From positions 21,581,704-21,645,703 of the forward strand of contig NC_068986.1 of NCBI RefSeq assembly GCF_001194135.2: a stretch of DNA of 64,000 nt. Reading direction: 5' to 3'. The notes under the pieces are model-generated. The model was not told the origin of the DNA. It did not search any database and saw nothing but the letters and a program-made list of their open reading frames with translations. Origin of the DNA: Octopus bimaculoides. Lineage: Eukaryota. A program made the translations under genes and the position numbers. Below, in pieces: positions 12,380 to 23,495 of this stretch (positions within the stretch are counted from its first letter, which is position 1; the number at the start of each line of letters is the position of its first letter).

Positions 12380-12567
12380 CTACCAATTTATGTTTTAGTG
12401 AGAAAAATGTTTACACCCAGGAGGTTTTGGCTGTAGTAATGCAGCAGTTGATGGAATTGAACCCTCTTCCCACTCTTCTGATGAGAACAGTTCTGCAGTC
12501 TTTATCCATGTATCCACGTCTCATTGGATTTGTGATGAACATTTTACAAAGACTTATCACCAAACAG
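12380..12567 (+). CDS. SYMPK: Symplekin exon ([25 protein letters not shown]...LQRLITKQ)
   Basis: gtag|CT...CAG|gtacc, 188 nt. Confidence 0.96.
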
Positions 12568-13205
12568 GTACCACTACACCGTTGATTATCATAACGTCTT
12601 GTCTTTTTCTATCTTGATACATTGTTTTTCATTCTGCACAAACTAGTGTTGTGTGGTTTACCTTTTAACTGTCTTTGTTTTTCAACTTAAGTTACACATT
12701 TATATCATAATGCATCATCATCATCATCATCATGCCCACTTTTCCATGCTTGCATGGGTCACATGGTATTCATTGAAGCAGTTTTTCTATGGCTGGATAC
12801 TCTTCCTGTCACCAACTCTCATCTGTTTTCAGGCAAAATTATATTTCAGCATGACTGGACATCTTTTCATTGAAAATTGGCAACAAATGAAACTGCTTTT
12901 AGAATGATGACACTCTCTTATAACTGCCATGTGATGTCAAGACAAAGAAATACAAACACACATACACCCACATATATGATGGGCTTCTTTCAGCTTCTGT
13001 TTACCAAATCTACTTTAAAGACTTTGGTTGGCCCTGGACTATCATAGAAGGCACTCGCCCAAGCTGCCATGCACTGGAATTGAACCCCAAACTAAGAAGA
13101 AAACATCTTAACCACACAACCATGTCTGTACCTACTGTTAGGAAGTATTTTAGTTAAAAAAAATTTACTCAGTGACTTGAATGCATTTATTTGTTTTATT
13201 TACAG

Positions 13206-13382
13206 GTGTGGAAGCAAAAAAGAGTTTGGGAAGGTTTTATTCGATGTTGTCAAAGAACTAAGACACAATCATTTCAAGTACTTCTGCAACTTCCAGCACC
13301 ACAACTTCGTAATGTCTTTGAAATTAGCCCAGACTTGCGTGAACCACTTTTCCACCATGTTCAGTCTTTTACTCCACATCAG
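13206..13382 (+). CDS. SYMPK: Symplekin exon ([19 protein letters not shown]...QSFTPHQ)
   Basis: acag|GTG...CAG|gtaaga, 177 nt. Confidence 0.96.
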
Positions 13383-14499
13383 GTAAGATTACAAACCAAA
13401 ACATTAAATTCTTTTGACACAACTTAAAAATGACACCAAATGCATTGCTTCTTATCTTTTGTTGTCATTAATTATAGTGATATGAAATAATCACTCACAA
13501 CCACTCACACACACACACACNNNNNNNNNNNNNNNNNNNNNNNNNNNNNNNNNNNNNNNNNNNNNNNNNNNNNNNNNNNNNNNNNNNNNNNNNNNNNNNN
13601 NNNNNNNNNNNNNNNNNNNNNNNNNNNNNNNNNNNNNNNNNNNNNNNNNNNNNNNNNNNNNNNNNNNNNNNNNNNNNNNNNNNNNNNNNNNNNNNNNNNN
13701 NNNNNNNNNNNNNNNNNNNNNNNNNNNNNNNNNNNNNNNNNNNNNNNNNNNNNNNNNNNNNNNNNNNNNNNNNNNNNNNNNNNNNNNNNNNNNNNNNNNN
13801 NNNNNNNNNNNTTTTTATAGTTTTATAAACTATACATATAGCACTAAATATAAAATAAAACAAAAAGAATTTAAAAAAAAAAAGGATATCGATTCATACC
13901 TGTCCAAATACAAAGAAAATTGAATATCTGAAGAAAGAACAGAAAAAAAAATAATTTCACAAAAGGTCGATGTGGTCCAGTTGGACCCCAATGACCATTA
14001 TTTTATGCTATAACATCCATATGACTGGAAATTTTTAACTCAAAATTTGTATGTGCATACGTAAACTGTTGACAATAAAAGTCATGAGATATAAAATCAT
14101 TTAAATAAAAAATGTAAAAATTGCATAACTTTTAAAATTTGCTGGGGTCCCAAGAGACCCTGCTGATCTATGAAGGGTTAAAATCTTAAAATTTATTTAA
14201 GAACTTTTGTTTAGTTGATGAAATGCTGTATTGGTGTTTAAGTTTGAGGCTGTAGTCAGCTGCCATTTAAGCAACCCCAACTCTTTAACTGGTATTTAGT
14301 TTGTTTTTCTTCTGTGGTAGATAAAGTTGAATTTGACAGTGTGTGAGTCCAGAACTAAATTCTGCAATGCATTTAGCCTGATATTGTTTCTGCTGTTAGA
14401 CCACCTATTAACTAATGCTAATGTATTATGCTTCAGGTTAATTGTGGCATCATAAGTTTATTAATTAATTAATTTTCTTAAAAAATGTTTTTATTGCAG

Positions 14500-14607
14500 A
14501 GGGCTCATATACCTAAAGTGATTATGAATGTGTTGGAGAAAGACCCACTTGAACAGGTGAAGGCTGCTGAAAAGCTAGAGAAAGAGAAAAGAGAAAATTC
14601 TGTTGTG
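14500..14607 (+). CDS. SYMPK: Symplekin exon (RAHIPKVIMNVLEKDPLEQ...ENSVV)
   Basis: gcag|AGG...GTG|gtatgt, 108 nt; AHIP matches human. An in-frame internal donor also exists after 14556. Confidence 0.85.
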
Positions 14608-15799
14608 GTATGTATTGGTTCAAACCAAAGCTGAGGTTTTATTGTCACTGTTCCAGCAACTTTGATGAAGTCTGCTTTGTTGAAGATCTATGATAATACT
14701 GAGCCATATCTAGAGTTGTGTCATTTACTTGCTGAAATCAATTAAAATAACAAGTCATTAATCTAATATCTTATTATCACAAAAGTATTTCTAATTGGAT
14801 TGACACTCATTACATTAAATATATTAACACTAACTAAAGAAAAAAGTGTTTATAAGATTAGCTTTTTTAAAGTTTACCTTCCAAAAGTAATGTATTTTTT
14901 GTTTGAACAAGTATTTTTTTGGATAGATTTTTGTGCATTTTGTTTTTATAGTTTAATAAAAAAAACCATATCTTTTCATATGTAAGTTCTCTTGGCAATA
15001 TACCTTCTGTATCTAAAGAACATATTTCTTGAGACTGTTTCTCATTGATGAATTATAAAGATACAACCTAGAAAACTTTACCCTAACCTACATTTTTGAC
15101 AATTGAAGCCCCGCTTCCTTTTAAAGTGTTCAGATTTCAGAAAGATATAGAAAAGTGAGATTGTAATTATTTTAATGCAGTTCCTATATAATCTGATAAT
15201 AGATAGGCAAAAGGGATTGTGCTTTGGTTAAGGAAAATGTGTGTATGTATTATATAGGGCCTCTGTCAGTCAAGTCTGACCATGCATCTATAAATGTATG
15301 TGTAAACCTGAACAAGATAATTTTGAGGAATACTGGCAGTTGCTCAGGTACAACAGTACCTTCTCTCCATAATATGGATGTTTCTCTAAGAGAAAGGCCA
15401 GCAACTTGGGTTGATACAACTTCGCACCAATGTTGTTGCAATAGAGACAGGACAAGTATCCCAAAGCAACTTGCTCTGCCAATCCACTACCATGGATTGA
15501 TATTATTTCTATCTAAAGGTGACCTCTGTGGGATTTGAACTCTGAGAACAGAGGATCAGAACAAATACTACGAGGTATTCTAACCAGTGCTCTAATGACT
15601 TTCACTGGTTAAAGAAATTATAATTGATATAAATCTATTCTTTTCACAAACTTACTCTGCATAAATGTATATTCAGACACTTTAACATATATTTCTACAA
15701 CAGATGATGTCTTATTTGTAATTTGATTAATATTCCACATAAGTAATAGAATGACTAGTTTACTACAATAATAATCTTCTGCTTGGTCAATGCATTTAA

Positions 15800-16017
15800 C
15801 CCTTTAGCATTCAGATTATTCTGTTAAACGTGACGCTTATTTATTCACATTGTTTTGAATTGATCCTCCATTATCTTATAGCTCGAAGATTTTGATGTGA
15901 CTTTTTACTTCGAAGATGATATTGTAGAGTAAGGTGTAAGAGGTTAGATCTGGCCAGTGTTCACATAAAACAGGTTGAATACTTGGACCAGATATAGCCA
16001 GCTTAATTGCTAAAAAG
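15800..16017. mobile_element. Degenerate piggyBac-type MITE
   Basis: TTAA-CCCTTTAGCATT...AATTGCTAAAAAG; right end decayed. Confidence 0.5.
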
Positions 16018-16187
16018 CTAAACACTATTTAGCATTCTCTACTCAATTAAAATTAGATAAAGGATCAAATATAAATTTCTAGAAGGTCTCATTGTTATGG
16101 AAGTTGAAGACATTGTTTGTCCATCTAAAATCTTATCAATTTTTTGGTGATTTTTATTCCTTTTTTCAATTTTCTGATAAATTCTAG

Positions 16188-16607
16188 ATAAAAGTGCCAA
16201 CAGTTGAAGGTACAGACACTGCCACACCAAATCAACCAACTGAGTCCACAGCTCCTGAAAGTCAACCTAAAGCCACCGAAGAGAAACCTAATGATGAGGA
16301 ATCACAGAATCTACCTTTGCCATTAGCTGTAGTTTCTGTTCCTCTGCTTACTCAGCCCAGTAGTGTTCCATCACAACAGTTTCCAAAGACCCAAACAACT
16401 TCGGAAGTTCCTCAAGAAATTGAAACACTTTCAACTCCTGCTGTGGTTCATGAAAAAGAAGTTGAAGACGATGACAAAGATCATACAGCTCAGCCCGGTG
16501 CCAAAAACAACACAGTGCCATCGGTGCCATCATCACATCGCAGTAATTCACCATCTCCATCTCAACATCCAACTTTGTTGACTTTAACAGAAGGCGGTAC
16601 CGACTAG
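16188..16607 (+). CDS. SYMPK: Symplekin terminal coding exon (low-complexity P/T/E/S tail, ends TEGGTD*)
   Basis: ctag|ATA in frame with the 137-aa ORF; stop TAG at 16605-16607; polyA signal follows. Confidence 0.82.
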   Translation: MKVPTVEGTDTATPNQPTESTAPESQPKATEEKPNDEESQNLPLPLAVVSVPLLTQPSSVPSQQFPKTQTTSEVPQEIETLSTPAVVHEKEVEDDDKDHTAQPGAKNNTVPSVPSSHRSNSPSPSQHPTLLTLTEGGTD

Positions 16608-16700
16608 ATTTTCATATTGGAAACGGTTTCATATGTACATTTAATTACACCCACTGTAAGCTATTTACTGAATTGTTGAAGTATGAAATTAAATCTTTTT

Positions 16701-16735
16701 TGTACAAATAAATAACTGGTTCAGTGTTTTCACTT
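16701..16735 (+). terminator. Putative SYMPK polyadenylation signal
   Basis: TGTA at 16701-16704, AATAAA at 16707-16712, followed by a GT/T-rich downstream tract. Confidence 0.6.
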
Positions 16736-17335
16736 TCTTAATGTAACAGCATAGAATCACATTTGGCCAGTTTGATAAGGTCCCAGCTTACCAACCTAAA
16801 TACCAACAGTTCATATGTTGGCTTTGCATTAATACTCTTGGGCAAGAAACTTGGCTTCTACTGGCCTACTTCTCCTAATCATAACTGTCACCTGTTAGTA
16901 TCACTTTTCACCATAATAAGCAAGAGTGCCATATAATTAACAAGTACAGGTGACTCTACTGATTTTCCAGTGACTGATGATTTGGTACCTCTTTTAATCC
17001 AGACATAATTATGTGTGGTCACTTAGATTTCTCCTGGCCATTATTGATAATAATTTTGCTATCAAGTCTTTTTAACATGACTGAAGTTGTTGACAGAATG
17101 TAGGATATGAAAGCTTTATTTTTTTTTTGTTTTCATTCATATTCACTAGATACATTAAAAAAAAAAATTCCCTGTGGTATGGTTTTTATTGAAATGTTTT
17201 GTTGTTTGTGTTCGTTATTTGGTAGAAATCCTTTTCCAACAGAAATTGATTTTATCTTTCAGTTGGAGTTATTTGATTGTATTACTCATGTTTTTCAGTA
17301 CGCTAGTAATATACACACACACACACACACACACA

Positions 17336-18603
17336 TAATTAATGAAAGAGACAGAAGGTGGAAGATACGAGAATCTTTATTGATCACTAAAATCTATTTG
17401 AGCCATCTAACATTGATCCCTCACAGGTGGGATACTTAACTGGTTGAGGTGTATCCCTCGGTGTAGATGTGTCTCTTCAGAAGATCCATCAAGCCAAGTA
17501 AGATTGTAATCATGTCCAATGCCAGTGTCACGTAACTGGCCTGTTAAAAGCACCCGTCAAACGTTGGGCAATATGCTGTGCTTGTGAAGACCTTTCGAAC
17601 CGAATAAAATCATAGTCGTAGCCGATGCCAGTGCCATCTGACTGGCACCCATGCCGGTGGCACATAAAAGGCACTGTTCGAGCATAGGGCCTCATAGCGG
17701 CAGTGACAGGTGACCGAGACCTTTAGCAATATACCATACTTGTGTAGACCTGTCAAGTGAGACTGTAGCTGTGGTCGAGGTCAGTGGCACCTGTGCCAGT
17801 GGAACGTACAAAACACCCACTACACTCTCAGAGTGGTTGGCGTTAGGAAGGGTATTCAGCTGTAGAAACCTTACCAAATCAGATCGGAACCTGGTGCAGT
17901 TCCCCGGCTTACCAGTTTTTCAATCAAACTGTCCAACCCATGCCAGCATGGAAAACAGGTGTTAAAGGATGCTGATGATGATCTTGTTAAAATAAACTTT
18001 GTTTCGCACAACTTATTTCTAGATGTTTTCTTCTTGGTCTTCATATATAGAAATGGAAAATTAAGGGATACAAGCGTCATTCTTATAGAAGATCCTTAAC
18101 AAAGATGAGATACAAAAAGAAACAAAAACAATACTGCGAAAAGATTATTACATATAACCATTAATAGACATGGATGTATAAACGTCCACAATACGTGGTC
18201 TGGCACATGCACACTCGCTTGTACAAATGCATACATACAAGCATGCCTCTTGGTGAGGAATCATATACTCTGTTGTTATATGTAATAATTTTTTCATTGT
18301 ATTGTGTATTTGTTTGTTTTTGCATCTCATCTTTGTTATGGATCTTCTATAAGAATGAAGCAGTATCCTTTAATTAGCCATATCTATATACGACGACCAA
18401 GAAGAAAACATCCAGAAATACGTTGGGTTTATTTTAAAGAGACACCTCTTGAAATCATCTGAAGAGACACATCTACACCGAGAGATACATCTAAACTAGT
18501 ACAGTATCCCAATCACGAGGGATCGAAGCTAGATGGGTCAAAATGATTGTAGTGATCAATAAAGATTCTCGTTTCTTCTGTCTTCCGTCTCTCTCATTAA
18601 TTA
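17336..18603. repeat. Foldback element: long inverted repeat whose left arm is interrupted by an RTE 3' fragment (~17484-17983)
   Basis: 17336-17483 is the reverse complement of 18456-18603; 17987-18158 is the reverse complement of 18275-18437; spacer ~116 bp. Confidence 0.8.
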
Positions 18604-18694
18604 CATATTCAACAAACACTGTGAAAGGGAACGTGCTTTACAGGCAAACTTCCAGGTCTATACCATAGGATTTATTAAGTTCTAACTAACTATA

Positions 18695-18741
<47 letters not shown>

Positions 18742-18829
18742 NNNNNNNNNNNNNNNNNNNNNNNNNNNNNNNNNNNNNNNNNNNNNNNNNNNNNNNNNNN
18801 NNNNNTATATACATACATACATACATCAC

Positions 18830-19960
18830 AAATCACAAACCCCTTCAGGTTGATGGCCCTGCTTGATCTGTAGAAAAGGCTTAGGTAGAAACTCCATTCG
18901 ATGTACCCAGTGTATGCTATGGACACATAAAAGGTGCAGCAATATCAAATGAAGGTTAACCTGGAAGATGGTTTTCGTGTGTGGCAGATGCACAGGGAAA
19001 ATAAACACCGAAAATGTACAGAAAACAGATTCCATTACATGCCAGGGGGAAAAACTAAAAGTAGTTGATAGCTTCCACTACCTAGGCGACCAAGTCTGTA
19101 GGGTGGTGGTGGTTGCTCTGAGAGTATAGTGGCTAGAATAAGAATAGCCTGGACAAAGTTCAAGGAGCTCTTACCTTTGTTGACAACTAAGGGCTTCTCG
19201 CTCAGGATGAAAAGTAGACTGTATGATGCATATGTGCAGTCATGCTACACGACAGTGAAACATGGGCCATTTGAAAGAAATGAAGCTAGTATGATCTGCT
19301 GGATGTGTAATGTCAGTGTGCATACACAGCAGAGTGTGAGTGCCCTGAGAGAAAAGTTGGACGTAAGAAGCATCAAATGTGCAAGAGAGACGATTACGCT
19401 GATATGGTCATGTGTTACATATGGATGAGGAAGTGCTACACCCTAACTGTGGAAGAGGTAGACCCAGGAAGACATGGGATGAGGTGGTGAAGCATGACCT
19501 TCGAATGTTGGGCTTCACAGAGGAAATGACAGGAGACCGAGACCTTTGGAGATATACTGTGATTGAGAAGACCCGGCAACTAAAGGGAGATTGCAGCCAT
19601 GGCTGATGCCAGTGTTGCATGTTCGGCCCATTTAAAAGTATCCTTGATGTGTTGGGGATATTATATGCTTGAGAAGACCTGTTGAGTCAAGTAAAACCAA
19701 AATCGTAGCTGTGGCCAGTGCCCCCTAACTGGCTCCCATTCCGGTGGCACGTAAAATGCATCATCCGAACATGGTCGATGCCAGTGTCCCATGACTGGTT
19801 CCCATGCCACCGGCATGTAAAAAACACCCACTACATTCTCGGAATGCAGAAACATTGCCAGATCAGATTGGAGCCTGGAGCAGCCACTGACTTTCCAGAA
19901 CTCAGTCAAACCATCCAAACCATGCCAGCATAGAAAACCGACGTTAAACGATGACGATGA
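18830..19960 (+). mobile_element. Decayed RTE LINE 3' part (Cys-rich segment, C-terminus, 3'UTR, GAT tail)
   Basis: ARIRIAWTKFKELLPLL; GRGRPRKTWDEVV; shared 3'UTR. Confidence 0.85.
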
Positions 19961-20250
19961 TATATATATATATATAACTTGGAAAAGGATGCGTGGCGTT
20001 CGATCATATAATATAAATATATGCATATATCCATACATATATGTACATACCTACATCTATATGTATACATACATGCATATATGGGTACAGGACATCAAAA
20101 AAACTTTAAACACAATGAGAACCGAAAACATAAAAACGAAAACAGAAAGAAACAACGAAAGAAAAAAAACAAACAGAGAAACGAGACATGCAACATAAAG
20201 AGTATACTCCTTCGTCAGTTGTCCCTGTTCCATCTACTCCGTGTTTCGAA

Positions 20251-20793
20251 GGCAAGGACAATACGCGACTTCGTTGGAACAGTCCTTCCCGCAAAGCAAA
20301 TTAAATAAAATTTGGGGTCTTTTGCGGAGGGCGAAAGTGTTAACAAGAACAGGACAGTTAGAACAAGACAGTAAAAACAAACGGTGAGGGCTGTTGAGCC
20401 AAGATGATAGAAAAATTATTATGAACGCTAGGTAGATGAGCAATGAGAGAAGAGACAGAAAAAACACATCTTTTCTTTAGGAAGGCGGTGGACAGAAAGA
20501 GAGATCCCCTTTCGTCATGTGTCAGCGACGAGAGGGTCAAGGAGGAAAAGTTAGAGAGAGAGAGGGAATGGTGAAAAGGAGAGAAGAATAGAGAAAGGGT
20601 GGGAGAGAAAAACAGAAAGGATGAAGAACAAGAGAGGGAGAGAGACAGACAGAGAAGAGATAGTAGAAGAGTGCGCATTGTAATTATTAAGATAAAACTT
20701 ACTTGGATAACTTACTCTGCAAAAGATCCCAAATTTTATTTAATTTGCTTTGCAGGAAGGACTGTTCCAACGAAGTTGCGTATTGTCCTTGCC
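20251..20793. repeat. 79-bp inverted repeat enclosing a 385-bp purine-rich spacer
   Basis: 20251-20329 versus 20715-20793, 4 mismatches by eye. Confidence 0.85.
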
Positions 20794-20819
20794 CAACTTC
20801 TTCAATTTTGACTTTTTTT

Positions 20820-20940
20820 CCTAACACTAACCCTAAAACCCTAACCTTAACCCTAACCCTAAAACCTTAAAACCCTAACCCTAGCCCTAACCCTAACCCT
20901 AACCTTAACCCTAACCCTAAAACCCTAACCGTAACCGTAA
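20820..20940. repeat. Interstitial telomere-like (CCCTAA)n array with variant units
   Basis: About 19 units including CCTTAA, CCCTAG, CCGTAA and CCCTAAAA. Confidence 0.9.
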
Positions 20941-21174
20941 GTACAGAAATGTTTTGAAATTTTTGTCCGAATCATAATGTCCGTATTTTTCTGCATACTT
21001 AGAAAAAAAAAGAAGAAAAAAATTCTGAAAAAAGTGAAAAAATGAAGGAAATGGGGATAGGGGGGGTAATTTAGAAATGTCGATTTTTGCCAATTTTTTT
21101 GGCAGATTCGTATTCCCCGTAGCCGAAAAGTGGGATTTGTGTCGAAAAAAAAATTTAAAGGTGTTTGGGGGGCT

Positions 21175-21185
21175 GGGGCGGAAGT
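21175..21185 (+). promoter_or_regulatory. Overlapping GC-box/ETS-like motif (GGGGCGGAAGT) in the putative SCFD2 promoter
   Basis: CpG-containing patch about 190 nt upstream of a strong donor (TCG|gtaagt at 21370); motif match only. Confidence 0.35.
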
Positions 21186-21229
21186 CTTGCCCGTACCGTT
21201 TCTTTTTAAGATAGTATGATGCGTTTTGA

Positions 21230-21369
21230 GAGAAATTTAGTTGTAATTTCTAGCAAAGTCACTGGTTGCTCGAAGCTCCCACGTTGTTTCGTCTGCTATC
21301 ATTGACACATCACAGTCATATAAGAGTTATCTAACTTAGTTTCAATGCTGGAGCCATTTTAATAGATCG
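21230..21369 (+). other. SCFD2: Putative non-coding first exon of SCFD2 (5' boundary uncertain)
   Basis: Consensus donor gtaagt at 21370; the first coding exon starts at an acceptor (23470), so an upstream exon is needed. Confidence 0.5.
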
Positions 21370-22579
21370 GTAAGTTTGTTTATTATAATTTATCTGCCGC
21401 AATATTCGATTATTTTCGTCGGTTTCAAGGTTCTGTAGAATATTAGCAGTTTTAAGATCTTTGAAATATGCATTGCTATAAAGTGATTGCACTTACTTAT
21501 TCTTCATTGATATTTTAAACAGTTTATCTTTAATTTACCCTGACATCACCGTTTAATTAACCATACTTTTAATAGTGCTTGTTTAATATTTGTATATAAA
21601 TACATAAATATCATTACCAAAGGAATTGTACAAATATCTTGAATATTGAACCAAAGAATGAAATATGGAAATGTTTTGAATAAATATGATAACCATATAG
21701 CTTCCATATGAAAATTCCCAATGCATACAAAACTATATGTAAGCAAAATGAAACTTTAACCATAATTCTCAATGAAGTAAAATACCTTTAAATTTCGTGT
21801 GAATACCTTCTTAACAAAACTTGTGCATAATATATGTTGATATTAGACACCGAAATCTCTATTTCTTAGGTGAAATTTTGGTAAGGTTATTTATTATAAA
21901 AATGATGCCATATTTTAGTGTTCAATTAGGGCGTGAAGAGCGGTACTTACAAGAGAGATACTTTGCAGTTGCTAAATTTGGCCCCAGAGCTGTCTTTGGT
22001 TCATTGGAAGTTGATAAATAAGAACCAGTTACAACTAGTTCGTGTCTTTCCTACTTGAAGAAGAGAGAATTGTTGACATTCAAGTGTTCAACTTAGAGCT
22101 TAGCTTAATGATTGAGCACACCTGTAATTAAAGACGTTTGGACCATGAACGTCTCGTCTTACTCTTGAACATTGCGTATCTAAGGTTTTCTCACCTCGGC
22201 AAAAATTACGAAGCTGGGAAATGCGCACCACAAACTTAATTATAAAGCTTCATCACACAGGTATATTCTTCTACAACATGGATCTGGATTTTAGACCCCT
22301 AAAACTGTTGGCAGTGATGTAGAGTCTACTGACAAGAGCATGTCTGAATTTACTGGAAGCTTCTAATCAGGATTTTAAATGTTAGTGACACAGGGCAACG
22401 CTAGTTGGAGGCTAAATTTAAAATGGAAGCAGCTCCCTACAGGTGTATGACTAGTGTATGTAAGAACTGTGATGCTCACTCCAGTTGGGAAAGGTGCCTA
22501 AAAATCGTCCACTCATCTCACTTCCTGGAAAGGAAGCTGCACCTGTTAGGAGATTCCATATAGCAGTCGTAAAAACATG

Positions 22580-23400
22580 AAACAATATACTACTCAGGTT
22601 TGTCATGAATAATATACAAACACTGTTTGATGTTGATATAAACAATTCAACAAGCTCACACCAGCAACAACTAGCTTTGATAGTCATGAAGTTCAGGTGC
22701 TAAAGTGTAAGTATTGTTGTCCTCAGTGAGACTAGACTACTTGGAGAAGATTCTCTTAACAAGGTCGTGGTGTACTGTAGATTCTTTTAAAAGGACATCA
22801 CCAACAAGGTGTTAGGTTTACTGTAAGGAACAGGCTGCTGTTTAATTTGACTGAGATATCAGTTTGCACCAGTGAGCAGTTAATATTTGTATTTCCTTTG
22901 CAGAAGACCACTGTATCACATGACTGAATGCCTGTGCACTAAGCTTTCCATCTGTCAGTGACAAAGACAGTTCCTATCAGTTCAGGTACTAACCAAAATA
23001 GCATTCTCTAACTGTCAAACTGAAAGCTTCAGACACAATCATCTCTTCTGGAGTTGGCATGGTTAAGAAATGGTCATCCTTAAGTTCCATGGTGTTAAAA
23101 TTACTGAGAAGTAATTATTTTGACTGTGCCTTGCTCTTACTTGTACTTGCAATGGCATTCACCCTGGGGTGGATTGAGCCAGCTCTGACCAATGAGTTCA
23201 CCATGTCCCTTACGAATGCTGACCACATCCGACAGTCAACCTTAATGTTTCAGCAAGCAAAGTAATGTTTCTGCTTGCAGCCCAAATATCCAGCTTGTAA
23301 ATTTGACAAATTCCCCACCAGGAGAGCAAGGTATATTGTTCATGTTTGGATTTATTGCCTAATAAATCAAAATTGGCTTCCTTGTTGAATATTTTCTAAC
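22580..23400 (+). mobile_element. Old RTE/BovB-like LINE, endonuclease (5') region, heavily decayed
   Basis: NIQTLFD...LALI...IVVLSETRLLGEDSL; GVRFTVRNRLL; TLMFQQAK, all matching APE motifs of RTE ORFs. Confidence 0.7.
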
Positions 23401-23495
23401 ACCATTTTATTGTAAGAGTTATTTTGCTTTAAAAATACTTTTGATCACTTTTCTTTTTATTTTCTACAGATTCTTTTCATGCTAAATAATACTCC

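Larger units (their letters stand above)
799..16607 (+). other. SYMPK: Symplekin gene, 3' part (12 exons, 5'-incomplete; 1605 nt CDS = 534 aa + stop)
   Basis: Spliced translation matches the human symplekin C-terminal region as I recall it ([77 protein letters not shown]). All introns are GT-AG and phases are consistent. Confidence 0.97.

Noticed and set aside
20190-20260. Minus-strand GAAAC...CTGACGA resembling a permuted (type II) hammerhead ribozyme
   Set aside because: Stem I cannot form, the stem II register needs G8/A9 in Watson-Crick pairs, and stem III is only 2 bp.
22451-23265. ORFs 22451-22687 (-) and 23059-23265 (+) with hydrophobic stretches
   Set aside because: Alternate frames of the decayed RTE endonuclease region.
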